Positions 8,130 through 15,128 of a DNA stretch of 24,000 bases are shown here, piece by piece (the stretch's first letter is position 1; the number at the start of each line of letters is the position of its first letter). Origin of the DNA: Candidatus Heimdallarchaeota archaeon (GTDB taxonomy: Archaea > Asgardarchaeota > Heimdallarchaeia > JABLTI01); assembly GCA_018238155.1 (NCBI GenBank), contig JABCTZ010000032.1:5034-29033 (forward strand), in the 5' to 3' direction. The position numbers were made by a program, and so were the translations under genes. The notes beneath the pieces were generated by a model. That model did not search any database. It saw nothing but the letters and a program-made list of their open reading frames with translations, and was not told the DNA's origin.

Positions 8130-8855
8130 CATCCATAATAAACTACGATAAACGTTTACAATTCGTTTTTTGAGTTCTACTGAAGCTTTTGATTCATTCA
8201 TCTTTTCTAAGCCTTTGAGAACTTTACGACAATAATCACATTCTTCTCCATTCTCAACTTTCTTACTATCTATATCAAGAATTACTTCAGATTCATAGTA
8301 ATCTTTGAGTGATTGAGAAATACCAATTATGTCATAATCTCTTGGATCAACGAATGTTTCAGCATACCAACTGATGCGTAAATCTTTCTTATGAACAAAT
8401 AATTTCATAGTAGCTATTGCAATCTCCATAAGAGCTAAATCACCGACAACAACAACTGTTTTACCTGTCATTATTGGTTTCATGACATATTCAAGATTAT
8501 TACCAAAAGTTCTGAGCATTAATGTAATACTTGCTCTTGCTTCAGTTTTTGCTCCAGGAGAACCTGCTGCTGCTGCCGCTGTTGAACCTGCTTGTGGCGT
8601 TGCTGCTGCCGCAGCTCTTGCTGATGCTTCTTCTCTACTGCTTCTTGCAATAGTAGAGGAACGATGTTGCCTCAAAGCTAAATTCTTATCTAAAAGTAAG
8701 GTAATGACATGATCATCATGAAGGTATGATACTTGCCATAGTCCACCTACTTGCGTTTTTAAATCGTCTACATAAATTGGTATGAAAATATCCTTTCCAC
8801 ACCCTTTACAAGTGAGCGATATTTCTTTTAATGGTACCCTGGCAGATGACAACAA
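8118..8855 (-). CDS. Hypothetical two-domain protein with a central Ala-rich low-complexity linker
   Basis: 245-aa ORF. The N-terminal ~60 aa is beta-rich and has a CKGC motif. The linker STIARSSREEASARAAAAATPQAGSTAAAAAGSPGAKTEARAS spans about aa 65-109. The C-terminal ~135 aa (GKTVVVVGDLALMEIAIATMKLFV...YDIIGISQSL...CDYC) looks alpha/beta. I recognise no family with confidence. Confidence 0.6.
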   Translation of the reverse strand: MLSSARVPLKEISLTCKGCGKDIFIPIYVDDLKTQVGGLWQVSYLHDDHVITLLLDKNLALRQHRSSTIARSSREEASARAAAAATPQAGSTAAAAAGSPGAKTEARASITLMLRTFGNNLEYVMKPIMTGKTVVVVGDLALMEIAIATMKLFVHKKDLRISWYAETFVDPRDYDIIGISQSLKDYYESEVILDIDSKKVENGEECDYCRKVLKGLEKMNESKASVELKKRIVNVYRSLLWMHQI

Positions 8856-9157
8856 TTTGCAACTCCAACTAATTTACTTTTTTATTATAATAGATTGTTT
8901 TTTATTATGATATAATAATACTTGCTTATATTATTTTAAAGTTTTATTTCAAATTTATTTGAATAAATTTGAATAGACTATATTGGTATCTTTGATAGTT
9001 GAAAGATAATAATTTTTTCCTAATATCCAAGTATTATTTACTATCTCTTTCATAAAGATAAAGCTTCTTTTTACGGCAAAAAACCGTTTAAAATATATAC
9101 CCAAAACCAAACGCTAAAAAATTACTATTACCAATAATCACATATTCACCCAAAAGA

Positions 9158-9169
9158 TTTTAAAATAAG
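9158..9169 (+). promoter_or_regulatory. Candidate TATA box for the tRNA-Asn gene
   Basis: TTTTAAAATAAG is preceded by a purine-rich CAAAAGA (BRE-like). It is centred about 35 nt upstream of the mature tRNA 5' end at 9198. The background is AT-rich, so specificity is low. Confidence 0.3.
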
Positions 9170-9197
9170 TTTACTCGCAAAAGAATAATGCAATTCC

Positions 9198-9302
9198 GCC
9201 GGATTAGCTCAGTGGTAGAGCTCTCGGCTGTTAGAGGTTAACATTAACAGTCGACCTGCAGAAACCGGGTGGCCGCAGGTTCAAATCCTGCATCCGGCGC
9301 CA
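9198..9302 (+). tRNA. tRNA-Asn (anticodon GTT) with a 30-nt intron and genomically encoded CCA
   Basis: Hand-folded cloverleaf:
- Acceptor GCCGGAT (9198-9204) pairs with ATCCGGC (9292-9298).
- D arm GCTC/GAGC.
- Anticodon stem CTCGG (9223-9227) pairs with CCGGG (9265-9269), with one G-U pair.
- The loop is CT-GTT-A, with the anticodon GTT at 9230-9232.
- T arm GCAGG-TTCAAAT-CCTGC.
- The discriminator is G9299 and CCA is at 9300-9302.
The mature length is 75 nt after intron removal. Confidence 0.92.
9234..9263 (+). other. Archaeal tRNA intron at the canonical 37/38 position with an hBHBh' motif
   Basis: The central 4-bp helix is CTGT (9228-9231) with GCAG (9258-9261). It is flanked by two 3-nt bulges, TAG (9232-9234) and AAA (9262-9264). 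Both are cut after their second base (9233|9234 and 9263|9264). The outer helix is AGGT (9235-9238) with ACCT (9254-9257), closing a 15-nt loop. Confidence 0.85.
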
Positions 9303-9339
9303 TCTTTTTATTTTTTCTCTTTAAAAGAGCCTGATTAAA

Positions 9340-9597
9340 TTAAAAATCTTCATCAATTTCATGTAGGATGTCTAGTGCGTCTTTTAATCGATTATTGATA
9401 TAGAAACTTAATTCACCATAATCCTCATTCTTCTGCATTCTAGAAATGTCTATTGCTGCATTTTCTAACTGTCTATGTGCTGTTAACATGATTTCTTCCC
9501 GTTCTTTTTCCTCCTCTATTGTAGAGAATTTTGGCCCAACAAATAATGAACCATTCCCTACTGCTTTTACGAAGAAGAAATTGAAATATTCTGTCAT
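9340..9597 (-). CDS. Hypothetical small acidic protein (85 aa)
   Basis: ATG-initiated ORF in an otherwise empty gap. A TTTTTATAG TATA-like element lies about 40 nt upstream on the minus strand. The composition is protein-like and charged (helical C-terminal half). No family recognised. Confidence 0.45.
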   Translation of the reverse strand: MTEYFNFFFVKAVGNGSLFVGPKFSTIEEEKEREEIMLTAHRQLENAAIDISRMQKNEDYGELSFYINNRLKDALDILHEIDEDF

Positions 9598-9734
9598 TAA
9601 GTCAACACCGAGATTTTTTTTACTTTTCTCCTCTATAAAAACTATCTTCTTGAATATTCATAAAGAGCGATAGTCTTAAAGAATCCGCTAAAACACACTT
9701 TATCTATCGAATTATATTTTGCGGTTTGATTTAG

Positions 9735-10787
9735 ATGGCAGTTGTAAATGATGAAAATACTATCCATCACTCTAAAAGAGAAGAAGAGATTCTTGAACAA
9801 TTGAAGCTTGTAGAAGGTTCTAACCTTTGGACAATCACTTTAAGACGAATGAGACAAGATCAATTAGGTCTGTTTGGTTTGGGGTTAGTGCTTGGTTTAT
9901 TTGTGGTAGCTATTGTTGCTTTTACACTACAAATGTATGATTCTTGGTTTGGACTTGCTAACCCAACTGCTGATCCATGGGATGTACATAATTACTTTAT
10001 TGAAATATGGATTCCAGGAACAGAAAAATACTTGCGTTTAATTGCACATCCTAAGCATATCATCGCAGGTGATGAAGGGCTTGTACCATGTATACAATAC
10101 CCATTTGGAACTGATTTACTTGGTCATGATATCTTCTCACGGATGGTTTTTGGTACACCATTGTCTTTAGCATTGGGTGTTACAGGACAGTTACTAACAA
10201 GTTTTCTTGGTGCTGTTATTGGCGCTGTTTCGGGTTATTATGGCGGATTATTTGATGAAGTAGTTCAAAGAGTGAATGAAGTTGTTATGGGTCTTCCTGA
10301 TTTTATTCTGTTTATATTTGCTGTCGCTCTTTTTGGAGAGGTATCCACCTTATTTGATGGAGGTTATTACATTGTTGTGTTAACTATCCTTTCATTACTT
10401 GGTTGGGGTGGTACAAGTTTAATTGTACGAAGTACTGTACTAAGCTTAAAAGCAAGAGACTTTGTTGAAGCAGAAAGAGCTCTTGGAGCAAAAGATAGCA
10501 GAATTATATTCAAACATATTCTACCTAATGCATTGTCTCCACTTATCATCATTACAACCCTTGGTATTGCTGGTACTATAATGAGTATTACAGCACTAGC
10601 TTTCTTTGGTTTAGGCGATCCTACTGCTGTTTCATGGGGTGATGATTTGGCCGCATATCGAGATCAATTACTAAGTTATTGGTGGATGCCTACATTCCCT
10701 GCCATGATGATTTTTATTACAATGCTTGGGTTCAATCTAATGGGTGATGCGTTACGTGATGCCCTGGATCCAAAGCTGAAAAGTTAG
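9735..10787 (+). CDS. ABC transporter permease, oligopeptide/dipeptide OppC/DppC type
   Basis: The 350-aa ORF contains FGTDLLGHDIFSRMVFGTPLSLALGV...GAVSGYYGG..DEVVQRVNEVVMGLPDFILFI and the EAA-loop VEAERALGAKDSRIIFKHILPNALSPLII. These are typical of BPD_transp_1 permeases of the Opp/Dpp family. Confidence 0.88.
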   Translation: MAVVNDENTIHHSKREEEILEQLKLVEGSNLWTITLRRMRQDQLGLFGLGLVLGLFVVAIVAFTLQMYDSWFGLANPTADPWDVHNYFIEIWIPGTEKYLRLIAHPKHIIAGDEGLVPCIQYPFGTDLLGHDIFSRMVFGTPLSLALGVTGQLLTSFLGAVIGAVSGYYGGLFDEVVQRVNEVVMGLPDFILFIFAVALFGEVSTLFDGGYYIVVLTILSLLGWGGTSLIVRSTVLSLKARDFVEAERALGAKDSRIIFKHILPNALSPLIIITTLGIAGTIMSITALAFFGLGDPTAVSWGDDLAAYRDQLLSYWWMPTFPAMMIFITMLGFNLMGDALRDALDPKLKS

Positions 10788-10798
10788 ATTTTTATTTA

Positions 10799-10840
10799 TT
10801 GGATAGGAAAAAATCTATCCAAATTTTTCCTTTTTTTATC
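10799..10840 (+). terminator. Hairpin plus T-tract terminator candidate after the permease gene
   Basis: TTGGATAG (10799-10806) pairs with CTATCCAA (10815-10822) across an 8-nt loop. It is followed by ATTTTTCCTTTTTTTATC and starts 12 nt after the TAG stop (10785-10787). Confidence 0.55.
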
Positions 10841-10857
10841 TTCTTTACTGATTACCT

Positions 10858-11631
10858 TTATGTGAGTTTCACTACTTTCTGTCCGTTGAGTAACTCCTCG
10901 ACTTCGTTGATGGAAGTAGGCACAGCTGATATTTTATTGACTTTACTACAAAATTCAATATCTTTTTTAAATCCTAATTTAACTAATTTTTGCCCATGTT
11001 TTGTTTTCAATAATATTTGGAATAGCGATTGCTTTTCAAGCAATTTCTCAAAATGCTCTAGTTCAGCATCAATTTCTTTTGACAAAGATAATCCTGCTTT
11101 CTTGAATTCTTGTGCTATAATTAATCCGCCAATTTGATCTTCAGTAATTTCATTAGTTATTATTGTCCCTTCACTGTATGCGGGAATTATCACTATTGGA
11201 AAACTGTTTGTAGATAATGATTTGCAAATTTCCATAACTTTAGTAACCACTGCTTGAGCATTGATTGGTGAACCAATAATAATCACTCTTGATCCAATAG
11301 CTTCAACTGCTCTTTTTGATCCTGTTGATGATGTAAATGCTGCGCAATTATTTGATATCTCTTCTTGGTTGTTCATTTCAACAGGACTATTTCCATAATC
11401 AAATCCATTGAGCATTTCACAACCTCGTTCACCCATTAATAAACTATCAAATTCTTCTGCTGCTAAACGTGTGTCCTCAACTTCTAATGCAACATAAATT
11501 GTTGTTATTCCTTTACTCATTGCCACGGGTATCGTTGTACTTGCTCTGAGAGTATCAACAATGATTGCAATACCTCCTTTGCTAGCTGCTAATTTAGAAC
11601 CTTCATAATTTCCAAGAAGAACAATCGTCAT
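10858..11631 (-). CDS. comB: 2-phosphosulfolactate phosphatase (ComB) family protein
   Basis: The 257-aa ORF has IAIIVDTLRASTTIPVA, LLMGERGCEMLNGFDYGNSPVE and ITEDQIGGLIIAQ. These are collinear with the ComB family motifs (VxDvLRAstTi, GER.g....GFD.GNSP, ED...aG). Confidence 0.75.
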   Translation of the reverse strand: MTIVLLGNYEGSKLAASKGGIAIIVDTLRASTTIPVAMSKGITTIYVALEVEDTRLAAEEFDSLLMGERGCEMLNGFDYGNSPVEMNNQEEISNNCAAFTSSTGSKRAVEAIGSRVIIIGSPINAQAVVTKVMEICKSLSTNSFPIVIIPAYSEGTIITNEITEDQIGGLIIAQEFKKAGLSLSKEIDAELEHFEKLLEKQSLFQILLKTKHGQKLVKLGFKKDIEFCSKVNKISAVPTSINEVEELLNGQKVVKLT

Positions 11632-11913
11632 TTCTTTTCACATCTCTACAAAAATAAGATAACCTTACTTTTAAGTGTAGCTTTCAGCCATTTTCTGCAA
11701 AAATAATTCCTCTAAATAGAAATAATGAAAAAGGGTAAATTCTATACTATCATTAAATTAGTTAAATGAGCATGATATTGAGCTGCCGAAGTGAAATAGT
11801 TTCTATTTCTAATCGGTGTTATTATAAATCTAAAACAAACAAAAGAATCCGCCAAAAACGAAGACTGACAGTACTTATGTATTTGGGATCCTATTATTAG
11901 GAGGACTATTAAC

Positions 11914-13014
11914 TTGACCTCGAAAGACGATATTCGACAATTTTTATTAGACAAGAAAGAATCAGAGATACTTGAATTACTAAAGAAAGATAAGACGAAT
12001 GTTCAAAAATTTATAATGGACATTGCAAGAAAAGATTCAGAATGGAAGTTTCGTAGAGATGCCGTTAAAATTTTAGGCAAAGCAGAAATTTCAGAATCAA
12101 TTGAACTATTAAAAGAAATATTATTGAAAGATCATCTTACAGTTTTGAGAAAAACTGCTGCAAAAGCATTGGGTAACCTCGGTGATGAAAAAGGAATACC
12201 TCCTTTACTTTCAGCTTTGCAAACATCAAAAGATCCTGCAATAATTGCTGAAGTATCATGTGCCTTAGGAGCACTCAAAGCTACTGATGCAGTAATTATT
12301 TTGGTAAGCATGTTACAATTAAATCCTGATGGTGAAATTAGAGAGCATGCCGCAGAAGCATTGGGCTTAATTGGTGATACAAAAGGTATTGACATATTGC
12401 TTGAAGCTTTAAATAATGACAAAGAGGATTGGGTAAGAGGGCGTGCTGCAGAAGCTCTAGGTTTAATTGGTGATACAAAGGTTGTTCCTGACTTAGTCAA
12501 AGCACTTGAAGATGACCAAGGAATCGGCGTCTCAGTTCGCGTTGCAACTGCTTTAGGTAGATTAAAAGATAAAAGCGCAATTGAACCCTTGAAAGTTTAT
12601 TTAGAAAAGGGTCAAAAGGTTGAAACGCGTAGAGCAATTGTTTATGCTTTAGGAGAAATTGGTGATAAGAAAGCTGCTGGTATATTTCTTAATTTATTAG
12701 AAAATGATGAAGATGCAACAATACGTTATTGGGCTTGCATTTCTCTTGGATTTATGCAATACAAGCGAGCTGCAAAGGTAATTGAGAGAATTCTATTAGA
12801 AGATGAAAGTGTTCGAGTTAGGCGTACTGCTGCCCTCTCTCTTGGTCAATTAGAACTCAAAACGAAGAAAGCTATTAACACACTTCTTACTGCTTCGAAA
12901 GAAGATAAAGATGAAGAGGTTCGAGTTAAGGCAAAAGAAACTATTAAGAAACTAGCAAAAACACATGGGTACAAAAATCAAACTGAGATGTTAAAAGATT
13001 TGGGCATAAAATAA
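11914..13014 (+). CDS. HEAT (PBS-lyase type) repeat protein
   Basis: The 366-aa ORF is built of repeats of about 31 aa, of the form (V/I)Rxx AAxALGxIGDxKAIxxLxxxLxD. AAEALGLIGDTKG/V occurs twice almost identically. The TTG start at 11914 is preceded by AGGAGG (11899-11904) with a 9-nt spacer. Confidence 0.85.
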   Translation: MTSKDDIRQFLLDKKESEILELLKKDKTNVQKFIMDIARKDSEWKFRRDAVKILGKAEISESIELLKEILLKDHLTVLRKTAAKALGNLGDEKGIPPLLSALQTSKDPAIIAEVSCALGALKATDAVIILVSMLQLNPDGEIREHAAEALGLIGDTKGIDILLEALNNDKEDWVRGRAAEALGLIGDTKVVPDLVKALEDDQGIGVSVRVATALGRLKDKSAIEPLKVYLEKGQKVETRRAIVYALGEIGDKKAAGIFLNLLENDEDATIRYWACISLGFMQYKRAAKVIERILLEDESVRVRRTAALSLGQLELKTKKAINTLLTASKEDKDEEVRVKAKETIKKLAKTHGYKNQTEMLKDLGIK

Positions 13015-13111
13015 TCATTTTCTTTATTTTATCTCATCTTTTTTTCTATTTTTTTGTTTTTCATTTCAAAATAGCAGAAATAGATAAAAATTAATTAATA
13101 TTTAATGAATT

Positions 13112-14551
13112 ATGAATGTTCAAGAGCTATCCATAACTTCAGTTGGTATTGATGTTGGTACATCTACTTCACACATGGTTTTTTCTCGTTTACAACTAGT
13201 AAAACAAATGAGCCGTTCATCTAAAAAATTTGAAATAATAAATCGTGAGATAATATACAAAGGAAATATTTTTCTAACTCCTTTAGTTGATAAAGAGACC
13301 ATTGATTTTGAAAGATTATCGATAATTCTTAACGGTGAATTTAAAAAAGCCGGAATAAGAAAAGATGAAATTGATACTGGCGCAGTTATCGTTACAGGTG
13401 AAACCGCTAAAAAGAAAAATGCTGAAAAAATCGTTAGTATGTTAGCTGCAGAAGCGGGTAAATTTGTTGCTGCAACTGCCGGACCAAATTTCGAGTCAGT
13501 AATTGCTGCAATGGGATCAGGTGCAACAATCCGTGCGAAAGAACTTAAGAAAACTATTATGAATATTGATACTGGTGGGGGGACCTCAAACATTGCTGTT
13601 GTTTCACCTAATGGAGATATTATTGACACTGCATGCATTAACGTAGGTGGGAGATTATTAGTAACAAAAGGCTCTGAACTTGTATTAGAAAAATACGAAG
13701 ATGCCGCCAAAATTGTTGCTGATAGTTTGGGAATAGAATTAGTGATCGGTAAATCAATTGCTCAAAAAGATAAAGAAAGTATCTCAAAAGGATTAGTTGA
13801 AGCTCTTGTTGAAGTTATCACAAAGAAAGAACACATTTCTGAAATAGCTATGAAACTAATGATGACTCCTCTTTTAACTTTTGATGGAAAGGTTGATTAT
13901 TATTCCTATTCTGGTGGAGTAGCAGAATATGTGTTTGGAAAAACAGATGAATATTTTGATGATATTGGACAGGAAGTTGCCCGAGAAATTAAAAAACAAC
14001 ATAAAAAAGCTAAACTAAAATTACTCGAACCACTCGAGTTAATTCGTGCTACAGTTATTGGAGCGGGACAATATTCATTACAAGTTAGTGGTGCAACTAC
14101 TTTAGTAACAGAAGACAATGAATTTCCAATAAGAAATATTCCCGTTATTGTTCCTTATCTTCCCCAAGAAAATCCAACACCAGACCAAATCAAAGAAGCA
14201 ATCGACGTTGCCTATAAAAGGATTGATATGAAAGAAGGAGAAGCTCCTGTTGCGCTATCATTCCATAAAACAATTGGATTATCTTATGAACGTCTAAAAT
14301 CATTTGCTATGAGCATAGTAAGTGCTGTTCCAACAATTGTTAAGAATAAGCTACCATTAATTTTAGTGTTCTCGGATGATATTGGTAATAGTGTTGGTAA
14401 TGTTATGAAACGCGAAACAGAGTTGAAAACCAATATTATTTCAATTGATGAGCTTAATTTACGGGAAGGAGATTACATAGATATTGGTGAGCCAATGGCA
14501 AACAAACAAGTTGTTCCAGTAGTAGTAAAGACGCTTATCTTTCAGAATTAA
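13112..14551 (+). CDS. EutA-like ASKHA-fold ATPase (ethanolamine ammonia-lyase reactivase family)
   Basis: The 479-aa ORF contains ITSVGIDVGTSTSHMVFSRLQL..., DTGAVIVTGETAKKKNAEKI, FVAATAGPNFESVIAAMGSGA and IMNIDTGGGTSNIAVV...DTACINVGGRLL. These are collinear with E. coli EutA as I recall it (LLSVGIDIGTTTTQVIFSRL, SGAIIITGESAKTRNA, VVASAGPHLESVIAGRGAGA, LNIDIGGGTAN..., GTACLNVGGRLL). Confidence 0.8.
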   Translation: MNVQELSITSVGIDVGTSTSHMVFSRLQLVKQMSRSSKKFEIINREIIYKGNIFLTPLVDKETIDFERLSIILNGEFKKAGIRKDEIDTGAVIVTGETAKKKNAEKIVSMLAAEAGKFVAATAGPNFESVIAAMGSGATIRAKELKKTIMNIDTGGGTSNIAVVSPNGDIIDTACINVGGRLLVTKGSELVLEKYEDAAKIVADSLGIELVIGKSIAQKDKESISKGLVEALVEVITKKEHISEIAMKLMMTPLLTFDGKVDYYSYSGGVAEYVFGKTDEYFDDIGQEVAREIKKQHKKAKLKLLEPLELIRATVIGAGQYSLQVSGATTLVTEDNEFPIRNIPVIVPYLPQENPTPDQIKEAIDVAYKRIDMKEGEAPVALSFHKTIGLSYERLKSFAMSIVSAVPTIVKNKLPLILVFSDDIGNSVGNVMKRETELKTNIISIDELNLREGDYIDIGEPMANKQVVPVVVKTLIFQN

Positions 14552-14809
14552 TCAAGCGTCAATATCTTTTTTCTAGAATCGTCAATAAATCAACCTTTAA
14601 ATATAACCTTCTCCCGATGAATATGCGGAGAGATATTCCATAAAGAATTAAAACAAGAAATAGTTTACTCTAATAGGAGTTTTTTAAAGAAAATTTTCTT
14701 TGACATTGCTGCACGAAAAAGAATATCAAAGGAAAATCAATGCAAGGTGAACCTCTCCAAAAAAGTAAATAGATTATTTAGAAAATTCTCCAAAATCGAG
14801 GGAAAAAAA

Positions 14810-15082
14810 ATGAAAGAAAATCTAATAAAACTCACACAAGATTTATCCAATGCCGGATATGTTATTATTGGTCTAGAAGTCGAATCAACAGAACTTGTCC
14901 GATTTAAATTCCAAGGATTGGATGGCTTTGAATTAATTGTTGCTGAAAAATCAGCAAAAATAATTGATGGAAAATGCCCTCCTAAAGTAATAAAGATGAT
15001 TACCAAAATAGTTCGTTCTCGTTATAAAATAAAAGAAAACCTTGAACCTGATATCTTTAGAAATCTATTAAATGCATCATAA
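14810..15082 (+). CDS. Hypothetical small protein (90 aa)
   Basis: The track ORF 14747..15082 starts at a GTG. The in-frame ATG at 14810 has GAGGG 7 nt upstream, so I prefer it. The sequence MKENLIKLTQDLSNAGYVIIGLEVESTELVRFKFQGL... looks like a small alpha/beta protein. The antisense ORF 14737..15006 looks like low-complexity noise. Confidence 0.5.
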   Translation: MKENLIKLTQDLSNAGYVIIGLEVESTELVRFKFQGLDGFELIVAEKSAKIIDGKCPPKVIKMITKIVRSRYKIKENLEPDIFRNLLNAS

Positions 15083-15100
15083 AAAATGAAAAAGGAAACA

Positions 15101-15128
15101 TAAAGGCAATAAAGAAAATGTGCCTTTA
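15101..15128. terminator. Hairpin between convergent genes (possible bidirectional terminator)
   Basis: TAAAGGCA (15101-15108) pairs with TGCCTTTA (15121-15128) across a 12-nt loop. The 3' arm overlaps the TAA stop (15128-15126) of the minus-strand miniprotein gene. Confidence 0.35.

Noticed and set aside
8463-8480. GKT in ...KPIMTGKTVVVVG... of the 245-aa protein looked like a Walker A P-loop.
   Set aside because: The required GxxxxGK(S/T) spacing is absent (no Gly five residues upstream) and no Walker B-like motif follows.
8482-8712. Plus-strand 76-aa ORF rich in Ala (…GEPAAAAAVEPACGVAAAAALADASS…).
   Set aside because: It is the mirror image of the GC-rich poly-Ala linker of the minus-strand 245-aa gene. 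GCN codons read as GCN/NGC on both strands, so the open frame is a compositional artefact.
8957-8976. Tandem 10-mer ATTTGAATAA/ATTTGAATAG in the long AT-rich spacer upstream of the tRNA; also checked for CRISPR-like periodicity.
   Set aside because: There are only two copies, it is AT-only sequence, and there is no repeat-spacer structure. This is expected by chance in such a composition.
9251-9262. The tRNA intron contains GTCGACCTGCAG (SalI plus PstI sites, identical to the reverse complement of part of the pUC polylinker) and a GTTAAC site at 9237-9242. This raised suspicion of cloning-vector contamination or engineering.
   Set aside because: ACCT (9254-9257) and GCAG (9258-9261) are exactly the strands that pair with exon and intron bases to build the outer and central helices of the BHB splicing motif. 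No further polylinker sequence flanks them. A 12-nt coincidence constrained by RNA structure is the simpler explanation.
11742-11954. 70-aa minus-strand ORF spanning the ComB/HEAT intergenic region.
   Set aside because: It overlaps the well-supported SD plus TTG start of the HEAT-repeat gene, has no initiation signal and has an implausible sequence.
12132-13710. Long antisense ORFs inside the HEAT-repeat gene (12132..12500, 122 aa) and the EutA-like gene (13120..13710, 196 aa; also 13906..14118).
   Set aside because: The sense strands have strong family-level similarity. The antisense frames stay open because of GCN/GAN-rich sense codons, and they translate to Ser/Pro/Ala-rich nonsense.
14737-15006. 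89-aa minus-strand ORF opposite the 90-aa plus-strand gene.
   Set aside because: Its translation is Ser/Phe/Ile/Asn-rich low-complexity sequence. The plus-strand frame has an SD-ATG and a balanced, foldable-looking composition. The call remains moderately uncertain.
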